DNA of 27,084 nucleotides from Candidatus Poribacteria bacterium (GTDB taxonomy: Bacteria > Poribacteria > WGA-4E > UBA9662). Under the pieces are notes generated by a model. That model had not been told where the DNA came from. It made no database searches and was given only the letters and a program-made list of their open reading frames with translations. The stretch lies in NCBI GenBank assembly GCA_036339735.1, contig JAYZAL010000080.1, positions 1 through 27,084 of the forward strand, written 5' to 3'. Positions 25,969 to 27,084 of the stretch are shown here, piece after piece. The first letter of the stretch is position 1; each line of letters opens with the position of its first letter. The translations under genes and the position numbers were made by a program.

Positions 25969-27084
25969 CTATTCAGTCTGTATACTTACCTTCAAACTAA
26001 GTGCTTGGCCAACTTGCTTTAGAAGCTCAGATTGTCTTTGAAGAGATACAATAGCAGCTTCCATTTTTTTTCGACCTATACTGTTGATAGGCGTTGATAA
26101 TACTTCGCGATCAATTGGAGCTGGGATGTCATCAATCTGCTTCTTACTCTGGTCCAAAATTTGGAGGAATTCACTGTTCAAGTCTGGGTTGGCATTCTCA
26201 ATTAGTTCCTTTAGCCCAACCCCTTGAAAATCTGCATATCTACCAAGGTAGACATTCTCGATACCCTCCAGATTATAGATAAAATCGTTATGTGTATTAT
26301 CGCTGAAGCAAGAATGCTCATCTTCTTGGTCACCACTATCAAGAGGGACCGCCATCCTTTCGGCCGCTAACTCGAAACCACTTAAGGTAGCAATTCCAGT
26401 CAATATTTTTTCCAAAGCCAGATCAGGATCCAATTGAAGAAATTGACTTGCGTAATTTTCAGTTCGGTTTGGTTGCCAAGAATCAACCAAGAATCTCAGA
26501 TCATCGACCAACTGACTTGTCACAATCCTTAGGTAGTTTCGCCTTCGCTCGTTAATTTGACCACCGGGCTGATAATCAGAAATAGTGCGCTGACCAGGCG
26601 AATCTAAACTCAGGTCTTGTCCCCAAAGTAAAAACTCAATGCTGTGGTACCCCGTCGAAACATCGGCCTCGTCGCTCTTTTGATTTTTTTCATCTAGCGA
26701 AACTGTATTTATCTGAAATGTTAGATCATTGATTAACCCACTCTTTTCTTGACCAGTTACATAGTCGATATAAGCTTCATTTAGTGGCCATGAGTTTATA
26801 CGAGCTTCTGGACCTTCAGTCTGTGTTTGAGTGTCAAAGTAATCAATTGGACCTTCATAAAATCGAAAGGCTTCACTTGTACCATAAGACTTTCTTGACT
26901 CTAACCAGACACTCTTGGCCTTATCGAAGTTCACTTCATTTGGATTAGATAAAAAATCATCAATTGCCCAATTAAGTTGAATAGCTTGCTGATACGCATC
27001 GACATAATTTAGATAGACTAAACGCGCGTAGGTCTTGACGACTTCAGACTTGACATTTGTTGTCGCCTCTTTCGCATCGACATA
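25969..27084 (-). CDS. Imelysin/IrpA-family (peptidase M75-like) iron-regulated protein, 5'-partial
   Basis: GYHSIEFLLWGQD (GxHxxE), INSWPLNE and QEDEHSCFSDNTH motifs. The frame stays open for 50 more codons to the window edge (YVDAKEATTNVKSEVVKTYARLVYLNY...). Confidence 0.92.
   Translation of the reverse strand, partial: YVDAKEATTNVKSEVVKTYARLVYLNYVDAYQQAIQLNWAIDDFLSNPNEVNFDKAKSVWLESRKSYGTSEAFRFYEGPIDYFDTQTQTEGPEARINSWPLNEAYIDYVTGQEKSGLINDLTFQINTVSLDEKNQKSDEADVSTGYHSIEFLLWGQDLSLDSPGQRTISDYQPGGQINERRRNYLRIVTSQLVDDLRFLVDSWQPNRTENYASQFLQLDPDLALEKILTGIATLSGFELAAERMAVPLDSGDQEDEHSCFSDNTHNDFIYNLEGIENVYLGRYADFQGVGLKELIENANPDLNSEFLQILDQSKKQIDDIPAPIDREVLSTPINSIGRKKMEAAIVSLQRQSELLKQVGQALSLKVSIQTE

Noticed and set aside
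4985-26282. Numerous short ORFs nested in or antisense to long genes (e.g. 8205-8627, 8813-9148, 12637-13173, 18534-18809, 20255-20603)
   Set aside because: They overlap well-supported genes and show no motifs, so they are treated as shadow ORFs.
26995-27084. 12-bp direct repeat CGCATCGACATA at 26995-27006 and 27073-27084
   Set aside because: Both copies are in frame (YVDA) inside the imelysin gene, one at the window edge. It is either chance or an edge artefact and cannot be evaluated here.
1-27084. CRISPR arrays, transposases/integrases, rRNA or tRNA genes
   Set aside because: No spaced repeats, recombinase motifs or RNA gene signatures were seen.

Overview
AT-rich bacterial window, most likely Candidatus Poribacteria (inferred from a characteristic C-terminal 'AV..KLATTW..LK' motif). 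It is dominated by a ~24.5 kb run of minus-strand genes. In transcription order (right to left): an imelysin/IrpA-like protein (5' end outside the window), a di-haem DHOR/DUF1111 protein, a tiny lipoprotein, a FecA-like TonB-dependent receptor and a DUF4856-like lipoprotein. A haem-acquisition cluster follows: hmuV, a PerR-like Fur-family regulator, an IsdG-type monooxygenase, a TonB-dependent haem receptor, two HmuY-family paralogues with different export signals, hmuT, hmuU and two small unknown proteins. Next come pyruvate dehydrogenase (aceF-lpdA-aceE), a long-chain flavodoxin, an orphan OmpR-type regulator, a Cys-rich protein, lipA and a lipoate ligase/octanoyltransferase. The left end carries a second orphan response regulator (+) and a decayed PhyH-family dioxygenase pseudogene that the ORF track does not resolve. 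The most interesting signals are (i) a promoter-bounded, ~155-nt four-helix candidate sRNA on the opposite strand inside the iron island, (ii) a short TW-containing C-terminal tag that replaces the lipid anchor in one HmuY paralogue and may be a protein-sorting signal, and (iii) a shared TGAGTCTCA-centred Fur-like operator. All calls rest on motif recognition by eye; no database searches were run.
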